Shown piece after piece: positions 61,328-64,000 of a stretch of DNA of 64,000 nucleotides; positions within the stretch are counted from its first letter, which is position 1; each line of letters begins with the position of its first letter. Location: positions 224,001-288,000 of the forward strand of contig JAXGZN010000002.1 in assembly GCA_040776945.1 (NCBI GenBank). The letters run 5' to 3'. The translations under genes were made by a program, and so were the position numbers. Source of the DNA: Methanomassiliicoccaceae archaeon. GTDB lineage: Archaea > Thermoplasmatota > Thermoplasmata > Methanomassiliicoccales > Methanomassiliicoccaceae. The notes below the pieces were generated by a model. That model was not told the origin of the DNA. It worked only from the letters and a program-made list of their open reading frames with translations, and ran no database searches.

Positions 61328-62320
61328 ATGGCCAAGGTGCCCGAGTTCCTGTCACGGTTCAAGCTCAACTACAGCCTCCTGTCGCTGGTCCTAGCGGCCA
61401 TCATCCTTGTCGAAGGAGCAGCGGTCATGGTCATGTCCAGGCAGATCGACCTCATCCAGAACTGGGGTTCCGGCCTGTACCAGGGCACCGTGACGCTGGC
61501 CGGCGCGCAGCTCTTCCTGCTCGGCCTGGCCGCCGTGGCCTGCGTGGTGCTGAACGGCGAGCTGTTCGCCAAGGTCGCCGCCGTACGAAAGGTCCGCAGC
61601 CTCCTGTTCCGGGACCGAGCGTTCTTGTTCCCGCTGTTCAAGCACGCTCCCGCGGTCATCGGCGCGGCCGTCGCCCTCGAGGGGCTGGTCGTTGCCTACT
61701 ATGCCTCTCCCATGGTCGTCACCGGCCTGGGCAACGTGAGGGGCATGTGGCTGGCGGTCTTCGGCGCTCAGCTGTTCATGCTGGGGGCGGGGCTCGCCGC
61801 GGCCAGGGTCCTCGACGGCAGACTGAACCTCCAGCTGCTGGTCCGCTCCGCGGTCCTGCTGGCCTTCGCATCGCTCGGAGTGCTTATCTACGGCCTGGCA
61901 TCGAGGGCCAGCATAACCGGGATTGGCGGCATCCAGGAGAGCACCGTCGAGCTTCTCGGCATACAGATGGCCGCGCTGGCGCTGCTGGGGATAGCGCTTC
62001 TCTGTCTCGGGGACCTTTCCCTCCTCAGGAGAAAGCTCTTCGGATGGAAGCTAGGGACCTTGGGCGTGATCGCCGTGTCTGCAGTCCTGTGCTTCGAGGG
62101 CATGGTCCTTGCCAGCGTGGCTGCGCCCTTCACCCTGGCCTCCATCGGGGGGATGCGGGAGAGCACCATGCTGCTGGCCGGCGTCCTGATCGCGGTACTG
62201 GCGATGATGGTCCCCGCGTCCTATTTCTTCCTGGAAAAGAGGGACATGAACGTGAGGAAGCTGGGATACGCCTCCATGCTGTTCCTCTTCTTCATGCTGC
62301 CGTTCGCCATACTCATGTGA
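61328..62320 (+). CDS. Hypothetical multi-pass membrane protein with four internal repeats
   Basis: Highly hydrophobic; recurring G.G....T..L.G.QL units. Confidence 0.75.
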   Translation: MAKVPEFLSRFKLNYSLLSLVLAAIILVEGAAVMVMSRQIDLIQNWGSGLYQGTVTLAGAQLFLLGLAAVACVVLNGELFAKVAAVRKVRSLLFRDRAFLFPLFKHAPAVIGAAVALEGLVVAYYASPMVVTGLGNVRGMWLAVFGAQLFMLGAGLAAARVLDGRLNLQLLVRSAVLLAFASLGVLIYGLASRASITGIGGIQESTVELLGIQMAALALLGIALLCLGDLSLLRRKLFGWKLGTLGVIAVSAVLCFEGMVLASVAAPFTLASIGGMRESTMLLAGVLIAVLAMMVPASYFFLEKRDMNVRKLGYASMLFLFFMLPFAILM

Positions 62321-62454
62321 ACGGCCATCCTCCTTCTTTTTTCAATCTAGCTCCTGTAAAGCGAGAAATCCGTGTAATAGTGTTATCTATTGTGAGAACA
62401 TTACAATATATGTAGGAAGGACTAGCTCCTTCCTTATGAACGACGGGTTCTATG

Positions 62455-62497
62455 CTTCCGGGGCAAGCCCCCCTCGCCCCGGAAGTCTATTTTTTTT
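62455..62497 (+). terminator. Strong hairpin plus T8 tract
   Basis: cttccggggc/gccccggaag 10-bp stem then tctatttttttt. Confidence 0.55.
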
Positions 62498-62519
62498 ATA
62501 TCGCCTCTAAAACCAGGGG

Positions 62520-63398
62520 CTACTTTTCGGACCGCTTCTTCTGCGTCCGCTTCTTCGGCCGAGGAACGTCCTTCCTCTCCGAGAACTCCACGACCTTATC
62601 GACTATGGAATCGAAGGCCTTGGCCGCCGGGGAATCAGGGTTCGCGGCTATGATGGGGATGCCCTCGTCCCCGGTGTTAACCACGTCCGGGTCTACCGGC
62701 ACGCGTCCCAGGAAGGGCACCTCCAGCTCCTTTGCCGTTCTCTCTCCCCCGCCCAGCTTGAACAGGTCGATCTCCTTGCCGCAATGCGGGCACATCAGGC
62801 CGGCCATGTTCTCCACTATGCCGACCACCGGCAGGTGCAGGCTTTCGGAGAACACCACGGTCTTCCTGGAGTCCAGGAGCGCGACGTCCTGAGGCGTGGT
62901 AACGATTATCGATCCGTCGGCGTTGGGTATGAGCTGGGCGATGGTAAGGGGCTCGTCCCCGGTCCCCGGCGGAAGGTCCACTATCAGGAAATCAAGGTCT
63001 CCCCAGTAGACGTCCTCGATGAACTTCCGGATCGCCCCCATCTTCATCGGACCCCTCCATATGATCGGCTGGTCGCGGTCCGGCGACAGGAACGCCATGG
63101 ACATGACCTTGAGATGCGGAGGCACGAAGGCGGGATAGATGCCGTTCTCGTCGGCCGACAGTTCCACGTCCTCCACCTTGAGCATCTTAGGGATGTTAGG
63201 GCCATGGATGTCGGCGTCCAGTACCCCGACCTCGAACCCCCGCATGGCCAACCCCACCGCGAGGTTGACGGTGACGGTGGACTTTCCTACACCCCCTTTG
63301 CCGGACATGACGATGATCGTGTGCTTGATCTTGGACAGCTTGCGCATGAGCCTGACGTCCTCAGGCTTGGCAGTGACGACGTTTATGTCCCCTTCCAT
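62520..63398 (-). CDS. mrp: Mrp/NBP35 (ApbC) Fe-S cluster carrier ATPase
   Basis: [37 protein letters not shown]. Confidence 0.95.
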   Translation of the reverse strand: MEGDINVVTAKPEDVRLMRKLSKIKHTIIVMSGKGGVGKSTVTVNLAVGLAMRGFEVGVLDADIHGPNIPKMLKVEDVELSADENGIYPAFVPPHLKVMSMAFLSPDRDQPIIWRGPMKMGAIRKFIEDVYWGDLDFLIVDLPPGTGDEPLTIAQLIPNADGSIIVTTPQDVALLDSRKTVVFSESLHLPVVGIVENMAGLMCPHCGKEIDLFKLGGGERTAKELEVPFLGRVPVDPDVVNTGDEGIPIIAANPDSPAAKAFDSIVDKVVEFSERKDVPRPKKRTQKKRSEK

Positions 63399-63574
63399 GT
63401 TAAGGCCTCGAGCGACCGTTCATATTAATCACGGGATAAATAAAGGAATGGCCTTTTTCCTGCCGTGCGGGGACGGTCCGCGGGCGGAGATGGGTCCCTC
63501 GGGCCCCACCCTCATTATCCACAGCGGCATCTCACGACCTCAGGATTAATGAGCCTGCCGACATCCGACCGGCG

Positions 63575-63838
63575 ATGATCGTGCGGATAACCGCCAACCT
63601 GAGCGATCCAAGCGCCCAGGACCTGTACAGGAGGTTCCACGAGGACGGGTACGCCCCGTGGGGGAACGACGAGATATTGATGGGCTTCGTCAAGGACGCG
63701 GTCCTCACCTCGAACAATTACATAATCACCGTGGACGTGACCAACCCCCAGGCCATAGACTATATCCACTCTTTGGAGACACCCGCCCCGGACCGGGACC
63801 GGCCCCGTGGCCGTTCGATGTCCCGTTCCCCGGAATGA
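63575..63838 (+). CDS. Small hypothetical protein
   Basis: 87-aa ORF with host-like codon usage in otherwise empty space. Confidence 0.5.
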   Translation: MIVRITANLSDPSAQDLYRRFHEDGYAPWGNDEILMGFVKDAVLTSNNYIITVDVTNPQAIDYIHSLETPAPDRDRPRGRSMSRSPE

Positions 63839-63935
63839 GAATCAGGACGTGGTATCCACCTCGCAAGATTAATGTCGGGCATCCTCCTCGGCACTTCCAG
63901 GTGATGGTTTGGCGGTCAACAAGCATAATGTGAGC

Positions 63936-64000
63936 ATGATGCTGGTAGGCGCGGTAGTGGTGTTGTTCTTCGTGTTCATCGTTGTGGCGGGGTTCTTCGC
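63936..64000 (+). CDS. Partial ORF, hydrophobic N-terminus (runs off window)
   Basis: MMLVGAVVVLFFVFIVVAGFF. Confidence 0.4.
   Translation, partial: MMLVGAVVVLFFVFIVVAGFF

Overview
GC-rich archaeal chromosomal window. The archaeal markers are egsA, membrane-anchored LonB, Hel308, NadM, UPF0179 and KaiC-like ATPases. HdrA/MvhD-like domains and large Ig-repeat adhesin-like proteins suggest a methanogen, most plausibly Methanomassiliicoccales (inference, not verified). In order, the window holds: a methyltransferase plus FecCD-type ABC transporter; hel308/lonB/nadM/cinA; a KaiC-like pair; an AT-rich intergenic region with two structured-RNA candidates ahead of a 1716-aa surface protein containing a perfect 342-bp duplication; a ~19.6-kb glycan-modification island (7 glycosyltransferases, B12 radical SAM, PIG-L deacetylase, two GNATs, DUF1616/CPBP membrane module, secreted hydrolase-like protein); purC/egsA; a two-component pair; metal and oxidative-stress genes; an FAD-less HdrA-ferredoxin-MvhD fusion; a USP-DUF485 fusion with an ActP-like symporter; and OsmC/NifX/Mrp genes. 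I saw no rRNA, tRNA, CRISPR array or transposase. The best novelty candidates are the glycan island, the attenuator-like leader of the adhesin, the mini-HdrA, the USP-DUF485 fusion and several orphan sRNA-like elements. All family calls come from motif recognition by eye, not database searches.
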